This document shows positions 21,507 through 30,611 of a DNA stretch of 64,000 bases, piece after piece. The DNA is taken from positions 3,648,001-3,712,000 of the forward strand of contig OZ241907.1 of assembly GCA_965203515.1 (NCBI GenBank). Reading direction: 5' to 3'. This stretch comes from Spirochaetia bacterium (GTDB lineage: Bacteria; Spirochaetota; Spirochaetia; SZUA-6; Bin103). Every line of letters starts with the position of its first letter. The stretch's first letter is position 1. The notes below the pieces were generated by a model. The model made no database searches. It was given only the letters and a program-made list of their open reading frames with translations, and was not told the origin of the DNA. The position numbers and the translations under genes are program-made.

Positions 21507-22593
21507 GTGTCGTCGCCAGGGACCGTGCTTGCCGAACTCCTCCGCCCGCTGATATCGCGCGCTTTGCTCGACGGTCCCGGCTGGGACCGGCTGCTGGCCC
21601 GGGTCGTGGCGGTGCCTGACGTCGGGTCGGCATCGCCCATCGGTTGCGAGTTTCGGCTCGGTGAGCAGACCCCGGCGGCGGACCTGTTCGTCGTGGTCCG
21701 TCCGGGGAGCCCGCTTGCGCGGCACTATATCCGCAGGGGTGAAGCCGCGCATCCGCGTTCGGCGGCGGCGCTGGCCCGATACTTCGTCGAGATCGGGCAA
21801 TCCGACTCCGCTCTGCGCGCTTGCATCGCCGGGACGATGCTCGAATACGACTTGGCCGAGACGCCGGCGGCGGAGCCGGGCGTGTTTCTGAGGATGCGGC
21901 TCGCGGAGGAGACCGAGACTGATGACCGCCCGCAACGCCTGCCGATCGCGGCGCTGGCCGGCGCGGTCGGCTGGACCGATGACGGGGAGGAGCGGCGGTC
22001 GGTGGCGCGGGTGCTGGCGGCCTTGCCGCCGGCCGGCCGGGTCGCTCACGTCGGAGCGTTGCCCGGCCGGTCGCCGCGGGCGGTGCGACTGGTGATCCAG
22101 GGGATCGAGCACGACGAGCTGGCCGGGGTGCTGGAGCGGTTGGGCCGGCGCGGGTCGATCCGCGCGGCGACGGAGATCCTGACCGACCTTGCGGAGGTGT
22201 TGCCCCGGGTTCCGGCTGGCCGTGGACGTGACGCCCGCGGGGCTGTTGCCCCGGCTCGGTCTGGAGCTCTACCACGCCGGATCGTGGCGCAACAGCCGGG
22301 ACGCTTGGCTGCGCACGGGGCGGGCGGACTGGAGCCCGGTCGTGGAGCGGCTGGCGCTGCGTGGCTGGTGCTTGGGCGCGAAGGCGCAGGGGCTGCTGGA
22401 GTGGTGCGCGCTCGACAAGATGTACGACCGCCGGGGTGTGTTCCACGTCTACAAAGGGATCAACCACGTCAAGCTCACGATCACGGACGCCGGGGTCGGC
22501 GCCAAGGCATACGCCGGCATGACCTACGCTCTCGCGCAGGATCGACCCGCCTCGGGGCCGCTGACGGCGACCGGTGCGCCCGCTCGGCATTGA
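21507..22593 (+). CDS. Uncharacterised protein with probable ABBA/PT-barrel (prenyltransferase-like) architecture; +1 frameshift at ~22206-22209
   Basis: ORF 21507 (..AEVLPR) continues in the 22189-22593 frame (FRLAVDV..INHVKLTI..AKAYAGM) if one G is removed from CCCCGGGTTC. The start may be GTG 21525. The fold call is inference. Confidence 0.55.
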
Positions 22594-22662
22594 CAGGTCG
22601 ATAGCAACCTGCGACCTTTCGTCGAGCCCGCAACGGCTCCTACATCCTCCGGAGGACCCCAC

Positions 22663-23538
22663 GTGCACGTACGCGAAGACGCATTTCTCACCCCGACGCC
22701 GGCAGGCGCGCGCCGCCGGCAGTCACTGCTGCCGGTTACGGCCGCGTTGCTGGCCTTGACGCTGGCCGCCTGCGGCGGCGGTTCCGACGACGGCGGCTCT
22801 GCCGAAGGCGAGCAGGCCGAAGCCGAGCAGCCCGCGACCACGCCGAGCGCCGAGCGGTCGCAGACCGCGGCGGGACCCGGCCCGCTGACCGCGACCATCA
22901 GCGGCACCATCACCTTCGGCGCCGAAGCGACGCGCGAGCCGCGCGTGCTGAACATGGAGGCCGATCCGGTCTGTGTCGAGAAGAACGCCGAGAATCCCAG
23001 GACCGAGCAGGCGTTCCTGCTCGACGAATCGAAGGGGATCGCCAACGTCCTGATCCAGGTCAAGTCGGGGCTCCCCGACATGGAGTTCGCGGCTGCCGAG
23101 TCGGAGATCGTCTTCACGCAGTCGGGCTGCGTCTACGACCCGCACGTCCTGATCGCGCGGGTCGGCCAGACCGTCAAGATCCTCAACCCCGACGGCACGC
23201 TGCACAACGTGCACGTCTTCGGCAAGGTCAATGAGGAGTTCAACCAGGCGATGCCGGCGTTCCAGACCGAGATCGAGCGCGTGTTCGACAGGGTGGAGAC
23301 CGAACCGTTCGCCATCAAGTGCGACGTGCATCCGTGGATGAACGCCTTTGGAGTGGTGCTCGACCACCCGTACGCGGCGGTCACCGCCGCCGACGGGGGC
23401 TTCAGCATCCCGAACCTGCCGGCCGGCACCTATCAGGTGGAGGTCTGGCACGAGCTGCTGGGCCGGCAGACCCATGAGGTGACCGTCGCGGAAGGCGGCA
23501 CGACCACGCTCGATCTCACGTTGCAGCCGCCGGGCTGA
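22663..23538 (+). CDS. Lipoprotein with cupredoxin (type 1 copper) domain and carboxypeptidase-regulatory-like domain
   Basis: GGAGG RBS; lipobox LTLAAC; Cu ligands LHNVH and CDVHPWM; C-terminal DGGFSIPNLPAGTYQVEVWHE. Confidence 0.8.
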   Translation: MHVREDAFLTPTPAGARRRQSLLPVTAALLALTLAACGGGSDDGGSAEGEQAEAEQPATTPSAERSQTAAGPGPLTATISGTITFGAEATREPRVLNMEADPVCVEKNAENPRTEQAFLLDESKGIANVLIQVKSGLPDMEFAAAESEIVFTQSGCVYDPHVLIARVGQTVKILNPDGTLHNVHVFGKVNEEFNQAMPAFQTEIERVFDRVETEPFAIKCDVHPWMNAFGVVLDHPYAAVTAADGGFSIPNLPAGTYQVEVWHELLGRQTHEVTVAEGGTTTLDLTLQPPG

Positions 23539-23555
23539 CGCAGCGAGCTGACGCA

Positions 23556-25349
23556 GTGGCGCACGCCGGCACCGCCGACCACGCGCACGGCGACCACACG
23601 CACGGGGACCATCCGCCGGAGCCGTTCTGGCGGAAGTACATCTTCTCCGTCGATCACAAGACGATCGGCATCCAGTATGGCATCACCGCGCTGGTCTTCC
23701 TGTTCTTCGGCTTCTGTCTGGTGATGCTCATGCGCTACAGCCTTGCCTACCCCGGCCGGCCGGTGCCGCTGCTGGGCGGTCTGCTCGGCCTGCCGGAGCC
23801 GGGCGCCATCCCGCCGGAGTTCTACAACCAGCTCGGCGCCATGCACGGCACGATCATGGTGTTCCTGGGCGTCGTGCCGCTGGCGGTCGGCGCGTTCGGC
23901 AACTACTTCGTGCCGCTGCAGGTCGGCGCCCCGGACATGGCGTTCCCGAAGCTGAACATGGCCAGCTACTGGGTCTACTTCGCCGGCGGCGTGATCATGC
24001 TGATCAGCTTCTTCGTGCCCGGCGGCGCCGCCAAGTCCGGCTGGACCTCCTACGCGCCGCTGTCGGTGATCGAGACGGTGGGGCAGACGTGGTGGCTGAT
24101 CGGCATGGTGTTCCTGATCACCTCGTCGCTGCTCGGCTCGATTAACATCATCACCACGATCGTGCAGCTCCGCGCGCCGGGGCTCTCCTGGATGCGCCTG
24201 CCGTTCTTCGTCTGGGCGCAGCTCATCACCTCGTTCCTGCTGCTGCTGGCGTTTCCGCCCCTGGAGGCGGCCGGCGTGCTGCAGCTCCTGGACCGGTTGG
24301 CGGGGACCAGCTTCTTCCTGCCGAGCGGACTGGTCGTCTCCGGCGAGCCGCTGCAGGTGGCCGGCGGCGGCAGCGTGCTGCTGTGGCAGCACCTGTTCTG
24401 GTTCCTGGCCCATCCGGAGGTCTACGTCCTGATCCTGCCGGCGTTCGGCATCATCGCCGAAGTGATCGCCAACAACACGCGCAAGCCGCTGTGGGGTTAC
24501 AAGTCGCTGGTCTACGCGGCGCTGTTCATGGGTTTCATGTCGTTCATCGTATGGGCGCACCACATGTTCCTGACCGGCATGGGCACGGTGATCAGCTCCT
24601 TCTTCCAATTGACGACCATGATCATCTCGGTGCCGTCGATCGTCATCCTCACGGCGTTGATGCTGTCGCTGTGGGGCGGCTCGATCCGCTTCACCGCGCC
24701 GATGAAGTTCGCGTTGGCCTTCATCCCGATGTTCGGCATCGGCGGCCTGACCGGCCTGCCGCTCGGCCTGGCCACCGCCGACATCTACCTGCACGACACC
24801 TACTACGTGATCGGCCACTTCCACTACGTCGTGGCGCCCGGGTCGCTGTTCGGACTGTTCGCGGGGATCTACTACTGGTTCCCGAAGGTGACCGGCCGAC
24901 GCCTCAACGAACGGCTGGCGAGCTGGCACTTCTGGCCCTCGCTGGTCTTCATGAACGGGGTCTTCTTTCCGATGTTCGTTCAGGGCATGGCCGGCGTGTC
25001 ACGGCGGCTGTACGACGGCGGCGCCCTGTACGCGCACGCCCAGGACGTGCTGTGGCTCAATGAGGTGATGTCGATCTCCTCGTGGGGGCTCGGCCTCGCG
25101 CAGATATTCTTCATCGTCAACTTCATCGTCAGCCTGCGAAAGCCCAAGGAGGCGGAAGACAATCCGTGGGAGGCGACCACCCTGGAGTGGACGGCGCCGT
25201 CACCGCCGCTGCCGCACGTCAACTTCCGGGCGCCGGTGAGCGTGTCCCGCCAGCCGTACGATTACAGCCCGGCCGGCAGCGACGCAGGGTTCCTGCCGCA
25301 GCACGATCCGGCCGGACCCGCGCCCAGCGGCGCCGGCCCCGGCCACTGA
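23556..25349 (+). CDS. ctaD: Cytochrome c oxidase subunit I (heme-copper oxidase, A-type)
   Basis: DHKTIG, MHGTIM, DMAFPKLN, GWTSYAPLS, HPEVY, WAHHM, LHDTYYVIGHFH, SRR. Confidence 0.97.
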   Translation: MAHAGTADHAHGDHTHGDHPPEPFWRKYIFSVDHKTIGIQYGITALVFLFFGFCLVMLMRYSLAYPGRPVPLLGGLLGLPEPGAIPPEFYNQLGAMHGTIMVFLGVVPLAVGAFGNYFVPLQVGAPDMAFPKLNMASYWVYFAGGVIMLISFFVPGGAAKSGWTSYAPLSVIETVGQTWWLIGMVFLITSSLLGSINIITTIVQLRAPGLSWMRLPFFVWAQLITSFLLLLAFPPLEAAGVLQLLDRLAGTSFFLPSGLVVSGEPLQVAGGGSVLLWQHLFWFLAHPEVYVLILPAFGIIAEVIANNTRKPLWGYKSLVYAALFMGFMSFIVWAHHMFLTGMGTVISSFFQLTTMIISVPSIVILTALMLSLWGGSIRFTAPMKFALAFIPMFGIGGLTGLPLGLATADIYLHDTYYVIGHFHYVVAPGSLFGLFAGIYYWFPKVTGRRLNERLASWHFWPSLVFMNGVFFPMFVQGMAGVSRRLYDGGALYAHAQDVLWLNEVMSISSWGLGLAQIFFIVNFIVSLRKPKEAEDNPWEATTLEWTAPSPPLPHVNFRAPVSVSRQPYDYSPAGSDAGFLPQHDPAGPAPSGAGPGH

Positions 25350-25361
25350 GCGACCGCCGCC

Positions 25362-25955
25362 ATGGATATTCCGTACACTTCGGCCGAACATCCGGAGACG
25401 CGCCTCTACAACGGCAAGCTCGGCATCTGGCTGTTTCTGGCCTCCGAGGTGCTGCTGTTCGGCGCCTTCTTCTCCACCTACATCCTGCTTCGCGTCGGCG
25501 CCGCCGGCGACTGGCCGGTGCAGGCGGAGTTGCTCAACATACCGCTGGCGACCGTCAACACCGTGATCCTGATCTCTTCCAGCGTGACGATGGTGATGGC
25601 GTGGGCGTCGCTGAAGCTGGAGCGGTTCGACCGCTTCGTCCTGTTCTTCGGCGCCACCATCGTCCTGGCGCTCGCCTTCCTGGTCATCAAGGGGTTCGAG
25701 TACGCGGCGGAGTTCTCCCATCACCGCTATCCCAGCACCAATACCTTTCTGGGTATCTACTTCACCATGACCGGCCTGCACGGCGTGCACATCCTGGCCG
25801 GCGTGGTGGTCAACGGCTACCACTTGGCGACGGCGCGCCGGTGGTACCGGGACGACCCGGAGCGGCTGGCCAACCGTATCGAGATCGCCGGACTGTACTG
25901 GCACTTCGTGGACCTGATCTGGATATTCCTGTTCCCGGTCCTGTACCTGATCTGA
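25362..25955 (+). CDS. ctaE: Cytochrome c oxidase subunit III
   Basis: GIWLFLASEV, NTVILISSS, MTGLHGVH, LYWHFVDLIWIFLF. Confidence 0.95.
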   Translation: MDIPYTSAEHPETRLYNGKLGIWLFLASEVLLFGAFFSTYILLRVGAAGDWPVQAELLNIPLATVNTVILISSSVTMVMAWASLKLERFDRFVLFFGATIVLALAFLVIKGFEYAAEFSHHRYPSTNTFLGIYFTMTGLHGVHILAGVVVNGYHLATARRWYRDDPERLANRIEIAGLYWHFVDLIWIFLFPVLYLI

Positions 25956-25977
25956 CGATGAGCGCACCGAGGAGTCG

Positions 25978-26295
25978 ATGATGGCCGATCAGCACGTCGA
26001 GAAGCACGTCCGCCAGTACCTGACGGTGTTCGTCGCGTTGCTGGTGCTGACCGTGGTCACGGTGCTGGCCAGCCGCATCGATCTGGGGGACACCGGCGGC
26101 GTCATCCTCGCCATGATCATCGCCGGCGTGAAGGGCACCCTGGTGGCCGGCGTGTTCATGCATCTGTTCAGCGACAAGCGCAAGTTGATCTACGTGGTGT
26201 TGATCTATACCGGCATCTTCCTGCTGGCGCTGTTTCTGCTCACGGCCCTGAGCTTCGGCGACTCGATCGACCTCGGGAAAGCGGATTCCGGGTAG
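25978..26295 (+). CDS. Cytochrome c oxidase subunit IV (prokaryotic COX4 family)
   Basis: YLTVFVALLVLTVVTV..IAGVKGTLVAGVFMHL; three TM helices; follows subunit III. Confidence 0.88.
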   Translation: MMADQHVEKHVRQYLTVFVALLVLTVVTVLASRIDLGDTGGVILAMIIAGVKGTLVAGVFMHLFSDKRKLIYVVLIYTGIFLLALFLLTALSFGDSIDLGKADSG

Positions 26296-26299
26296 CTGC

Positions 26300-26503
26300 A
26301 TGTCGCTCAAGGTGTTCCACGTCATCTTCGTCAGCGTCGCCGGGCTGTTTCTGGCGCTGTTCGCGCTGTGGGCGTTGCTGTTCGCGCCCGGTCTCGACCG
26401 CGGACCGGCGGTCGCGCTGGGGGTAGGCGCGGCCGTCGCGCTGGCGGCGTTGATCGCCGCCGAGCGGCGCGTGCTGGCCAGCCTGCCGCGGAGGACGCGG
26501 TGA
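26300..26503 (+). CDS. Small two-helix membrane protein in cox operon
   Basis: MSLKVFHVIFV..; 4-nt gap after subunit IV and GTGA overlap with the next gene. Confidence 0.7.
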   Translation: MSLKVFHVIFVSVAGLFLALFALWALLFAPGLDRGPAVALGVGAAVALAALIAAERRVLASLPRRTR

Positions 26504-26775
26504 TACGCCGGCGCGCGGCGCGGCTGCACCCGGCGCTGACGGCGGCGGCGCTGCTGTTGGCGCCGCGCGCGGCCGGCGCCTGCGCGGTCTGCTTTGGCGA
26601 TCCCGACTCGCCGGCCTCCAAGGGGCTTACCGCCGCCGTGCTGTTCCTGGTCGGGGTCATCGTCGCGGTGCTGGCCGGGGTGGCGCTGTTCGCGATCTCC
26701 ATGCTGCGGCGCGCGGAGCGGCAGCACGGGCACGGCTCGCGGAGCGCCGCGCCGACCGGTGGAACCGATGGTTGA
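26500..26775 (+). CDS. Small membrane protein with signal peptide and CxxC (CAVCFG) motif in cox operon
   Basis: GTG 26500 overlaps the previous TGA; signal-like N-terminus then ACAVCFGDPDS and one TM helix; its stop overlaps the subunit II start. Confidence 0.7.
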   Translation: MIRRRAARLHPALTAAALLLAPRAAGACAVCFGDPDSPASKGLTAAVLFLVGVIVAVLAGVALFAISMLRRAERQHGHGSRSAAPTGGTDG

Positions 26776-27547
26776 GTTTGCGCGGGCGCTCGGCCTGCCG
26801 ATCGACATCTCCGCCGACGGCTACCGGATCGACGCGATCATCGGGTGGGTGCACGTGCTGATGTTCGTGCTGTTCGTCGGCTGGGGCGCGTTCTTCATCT
26901 ACACGATGATCCGGTTCCGGCGGCGCAACCACCCGCAGGCCGACCCGCAGGGCGTGCGCAGCCACGCGACCAGTTACCTGGAAGGCGCCGTGGTCGTGGT
27001 CGAGCTGGTGCTGCTGTTCGCGTTGTCGGTGCCGTTCTGGGCCGGCGTGGTGGTACGGGTGCCGGAGCCGTCGGAGGCGATGCGGGTGCGGGTGATCGCG
27101 CAGCAGTTCCAGTGGAACGTCCATTACGCCGGCCCCGACGGCGTGTTCGGCCGCACCGATCCGGCGTTGGTGCGCCCGCAGGAGAACAATCACATCGGCC
27201 TGGACCGCGACGACCTGTTCGGGAAGGACGACGTGATGACCAACAACCAGCTCAACCTGCCGGTCGACCAGCCGGTGGTGATCGAGCTGTCGAGCCTGGA
27301 CGTCGTGCACAGCTTCTTCGTGCCGGTACTGCGCGTGAAGCAGGACGCCGTTCCCGGTTTGGTGATCCCGCTCAGCTTCACCGCCACCGCGACCGGCAAG
27401 CACGAGATCGCGTGCGCGCAGCTCTGCGGCATCGGCCACGCGCAGATGCGCGGCTTCATCACCTTGATGGAGGGGGCCGAGTTCGATCAGTGGCTGGCGG
27501 AGCGGTCGCGGGAGGCGCAGGAGGCGGGGCCGACCGGCTTCTTCTGA
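26768..27547 (+). CDS. ctaC: Cytochrome c oxidase subunit II
   Basis: Two TM helices, AQQFQW, DVVHSF, KQDAVPG, CuA motif CAQLCGIGHAQM. Confidence 0.95.
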   Translation: MVEFARALGLPIDISADGYRIDAIIGWVHVLMFVLFVGWGAFFIYTMIRFRRRNHPQADPQGVRSHATSYLEGAVVVVELVLLFALSVPFWAGVVVRVPEPSEAMRVRVIAQQFQWNVHYAGPDGVFGRTDPALVRPQENNHIGLDRDDLFGKDDVMTNNQLNLPVDQPVVIELSSLDVVHSFFVPVLRVKQDAVPGLVIPLSFTATATGKHEIACAQLCGIGHAQMRGFITLMEGAEFDQWLAERSREAQEAGPTGFF

Positions 27548-27556
27548 TCGCCGCTC

Positions 27557-28036
27557 TCACGGCAGGGTCCGTGCCAGAAAGCCGCGAAACCGGTCCAGAT
27601 CACGCCGTACCAGGGGCACCACCCGCCGATAGACGTCGCACAGATAGTCGAGCCGCGCCCAATCGTAGTCCATCTCGTAGTAGTTGCGCCTGAAGTGGCG
27701 GAAGCGCCGGAGCTCGTGCAGAAGCCGCTGCGTCCGATCGTCGATCACCGGCTCACGGACACCGTCGACGTGCAGCGTCATCTTGTCGAGCAGGTCGGCG
27801 TGCCAGCGATCCTCGGCCAGAGCGTTCTCGAAGTGCTGGGAGATACGCAAGAACAGCGTCTCCAGGGCCGTGTAGGTGTTCTCCAGCGTCTGTGCGACGT
27901 AAGCCGCGGATACCTCCGACCGTCCGATCCGCGGCAGCTCGCAGGTCAGAAACGTCTCCAGCTTCGCTGCCATTCCGTCGACCACGTCGGTGATGCGTTC
28001 GATCTGCGCCGGCAACAGCTCGGCTTCAGTCGCCAC
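27557..28036 (-). CDS. HepT-like HEPN-domain protein (cognate of the adjacent nucleotidyltransferase)
   Basis: YTALETLFLRI..FEN..WHADLL..M..LRRFRHFRRNYY; GTG 28036 overlaps the MNT stop. Confidence 0.8.
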   Translation of the reverse strand: MATEAELLPAQIERITDVVDGMAAKLETFLTCELPRIGRSEVSAAYVAQTLENTYTALETLFLRISQHFENALAEDRWHADLLDKMTLHVDGVREPVIDDRTQRLLHELRRFRHFRRNYYEMDYDWARLDYLCDVYRRVVPLVRRDLDRFRGFLARTLP

Positions 28037-28400
28037 GGACGATCCTGCCCCGAGCACGGATCGAGTCGGCGAACGCCGGATGCAGCTTGTCGAGTTCGAC
28101 GACGTGCACCGGCAGGCGGGTCCGCGCCTCCGCGTCGGCGATGATCGCGAAGTAGTCCGCCGGCGATGCGACCCCTTCCAGTGCGATGTCGATATCCGAC
28201 CGTTCCGAAAAATGGGCGTCATGGATCAGCGACCCCCACTGCCAGATACGCCGGGGACGGTACGTAATCCAGACGTGATCGACGATGATCTCGAAGTCGG
28301 CGCGCGCCCGGCGCAGCCGGGCGGCCAGCAGCGCCTGACGCTCCTGAGATCGGCGCCGCAGGCGGGCGCGCATCTGCCGTAGCTCGGCCTCGCCGGTCAT
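28026..28400 (-). CDS. Minimal nucleotidyltransferase (MntA-like antitoxin)
   Basis: WGSL..F...SDIDIA motif; 124 aa. Confidence 0.85.
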   Translation of the reverse strand: MTGEAELRQMRARLRRRSQERQALLAARLRRARADFEIIVDHVWITYRPRRIWQWGSLIHDAHFSERSDIDIALEGVASPADYFAIIADAEARTRLPVHVVELDKLHPAFADSIRARGRIVRGD

Positions 28401-28418
28401 GAGGTTCGGGCCGCGTGC

Positions 28419-29372
28419 CTAGGGCGCGCTCACCGTTCCGGTCTCCCGCTCGCGACGGCAGGCCAGCAGCAGCTCCGCCGCCGCCGGCAGCGGGTAGTCG
28501 AGCCGCTCGGCGGTCGCGGCGGCCGACATGGTGGTGTCGTGCGGGATGGTCGCGCCGGCCGTCGCCGACCAGTCCGGCGGCCCGTTGCGGATCAGGCCGG
28601 CGTCCAGATCGAACGCCCGCGCCGCCGCCCGCGCCGCCTCCATCCGCGACAGACTGGCGCCGGAGCAGCAGTGGAAGGTCCCGCGCGCGCCGCGCTCGAT
28701 GATCCGCATGATCATCTTCGCGCTCTCGCTGGCCAGGCTGAGGGTGGCGCGCATGTTGATCGCCCCGTGCCAGAGGACGAAGGGCCGGCCGGCGGCGAGC
28801 GCGTCGACGACGGCGGTGATCAGGTTCCCGAACCCGACGTTCTGCGTGAGCGGCGTATCCGGGCGCGTCCAGTGGACGCCGCTGACGCCCGATATGCGCG
28901 CGACCGCACCGTCACGGGCCGCCTCCAGCACGGCCGTCTCGCCGACCACCTTGTGGACGCCGTAGAGATTGAGCGGGTTGGGCGGGGTCCGCTCGTCGGA
29001 GTCGCTCCGCGTGCCGTCGAACACCCAGTCCGAGGAGACCAGGATCATCTTCGCGCCGACCTGATTGGCGGCTTCGGTCAGGTAGCGGGTGGAGTCGACG
29101 TTGGCGCGCCACGACCGCGCCGGATCGCGGTACATGCGGTTGAAGTCGTTGAGGATCGCCGCGTGGATGATCGCGTCCGGCCCGAAGGCGCGCACGCTGT
29201 CGAGCACCTGCTCCCGGTCGGTCACGTCGACGCTGCCGTGCCGGTAGGGGACGGGAGCATCCGGCCGCCACCGGTGGACGGTCGTGAATACCGCCGCGCC
29301 GTAGTGCTCGACCGCGACCTTGACGATGTTGCTGCCGACGAAGCCGGTCCCACCGGTCACGTACAATCTCAT
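28419..29372 (-). CDS. NAD(P)-dependent extended SDR, RmlD (dTDP-4-dehydrorhamnose reductase)-like
   Basis: VTGGTGFVG, SSDWVFDG, PNPLNLYGVHK (YxxxK); GGAGG RBS. Confidence 0.85.
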   Translation of the reverse strand: MRLYVTGGTGFVGSNIVKVAVEHYGAAVFTTVHRWRPDAPVPYRHGSVDVTDREQVLDSVRAFGPDAIIHAAILNDFNRMYRDPARSWRANVDSTRYLTEAANQVGAKMILVSSDWVFDGTRSDSDERTPPNPLNLYGVHKVVGETAVLEAARDGAVARISGVSGVHWTRPDTPLTQNVGFGNLITAVVDALAAGRPFVLWHGAINMRATLSLASESAKMIMRIIERGARGTFHCCSGASLSRMEAARAAARAFDLDAGLIRNGPPDWSATAGATIPHDTTMSAAATAERLDYPLPAAAELLLACRRERETGTVSAP

Positions 29373-29401
29373 GGCGCCTCCCGTCCGATCATACGCCGCC
29401 G

Positions 29402-30580
29402 TCACCTCAGGGTCAGCCGGCAGTCGATCCAGCGGCCGCCGGCGTTGGAAGAGGCGAGCGCCGCCTCCACGAACCGGACGCCGCGCGCGCCGTCCTCGAC
29501 GGTGGGAAAGTGCAGCGCCAGCGGATCGGCCGCGCGCCCGGACCGGCGGGCGGCGATCGCCTCGGCGGCGTCCGCGTAGATGTTGGCGAACCCCTCGTGG
29601 AAGCCTTCCGGATGGCCTTTGCCGATGCGGCTGCCGCGGGCCGACAGCGGCAGCGTGCCCGGACCGTTGCGGGTCCGCACCTGCGCCGGACCGTCGAGCG
29701 GCAGGAAGCGCAGCTCGTTCGCCCGGTCCTGATGCCACTCGACCGTCCCCAGAGCGCCGGAGATGCGGAACCCCAGGCTGCTTTCGACGCCGGCCGCCGC
29801 CTGCGTCGCCCACAGGCAGCCGCGCGCGCCGCCCGTGAACCGCAGCAGCACGCCGGCGTAGTCGTCCACGCGCCGCCCCGGCACGATCGCGCCGACGTCG
29901 GCTGAGACCGCGGCCAACTCCACGCCGGCCACGTAGCAGACCAGGTGGTGCGCGTGGGTGCCGATGTCGCCCAGGATCAGCGACGGCCCGCTCCGCGCCG
30001 GGTCGAAGCGCCAGCGCGCGGGGCCGGCCGGGCCGCCGGCATTGCCGCCCTGGACGTATTCGACCTGCACCAGCCGGATCTCGCCCAGCTGGCCGGCGGC
30101 GACCATGGCGCGCGCCTGCCGCACCATCGGATACCCGGTGTAGTTGTGGGTGAGGGCGAAGACCCGCCCGGTGTCGCGCACCGCCTGCGCCACCGCCAGG
30201 GCGTCGCCGAGCGAGTTGGCGAGCGGCTTGTCGCAGATGACGTCGAAGCCGCGCTGCAGCGCGGCGACCGAGTACTCCCGGTGCGTATCGTTGGGCGTCA
30301 TGACGGCCACCACGTCCGCGCCGTCGGTTCGGGCGGCCTCCCGGTCGATCAAATCGGCCCCGGAGCCGTACGCGCGCTCGGCCGGCACGCCGATCCGCAG
30401 GGCGGCTGCCCGGCTGCGTTCGGCGTCCGACGACAGGGCCGCGGCGACGATCCGGTAGCGGTCGTCGAGCCGCGCCGCCGCGCGGTGCACCTCGCCGATG
30501 AACGAGCCGGGCCCGCCGCCGATCACGGCCAGCCGCAACCGGCGGCCCAGGGCCTCCACGACCGGGTTGACGTCGGGCAA
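29402..30580 (-). CDS. Gfo/Idh/MocA family oxidoreductase
   Basis: GGGPGSFIG, TPNDTH, CDKP, GDIGTH, GHPEGF; AGGAGG RBS before TTG. Confidence 0.92.
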   Translation of the reverse strand: MPDVNPVVEALGRRLRLAVIGGGPGSFIGEVHRAAARLDDRYRIVAAALSSDAERSRAAALRIGVPAERAYGSGADLIDREAARTDGADVVAVMTPNDTHREYSVAALQRGFDVICDKPLANSLGDALAVAQAVRDTGRVFALTHNYTGYPMVRQARAMVAAGQLGEIRLVQVEYVQGGNAGGPAGPARWRFDPARSGPSLILGDIGTHAHHLVCYVAGVELAAVSADVGAIVPGRRVDDYAGVLLRFTGGARGCLWATQAAAGVESSLGFRISGALGTVEWHQDRANELRFLPLDGPAQVRTRNGPGTLPLSARGSRIGKGHPEGFHEGFANIYADAAEAIAARRSGRAADPLALHFPTVEDGARGVRFVEAALASSNAGGRWIDCRLTLR

Positions 30581-30611
30581 ACAGGTCTCCTCCTGATAGT
30601 CTCCGGCGAGA

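Noticed and set aside
22590..22620. TTGACA upstream of the cox operon as a promoter or FNR box
   Set aside because: No convincing -10 at 16-18 nt and no TTGAT-N4-ATCAA symmetry.
28419..29372. rmlD as part of an rml/O-antigen locus
   Set aside because: No rmlA/B/C or glycosyltransferase nearby, so the gene symbol is withheld.
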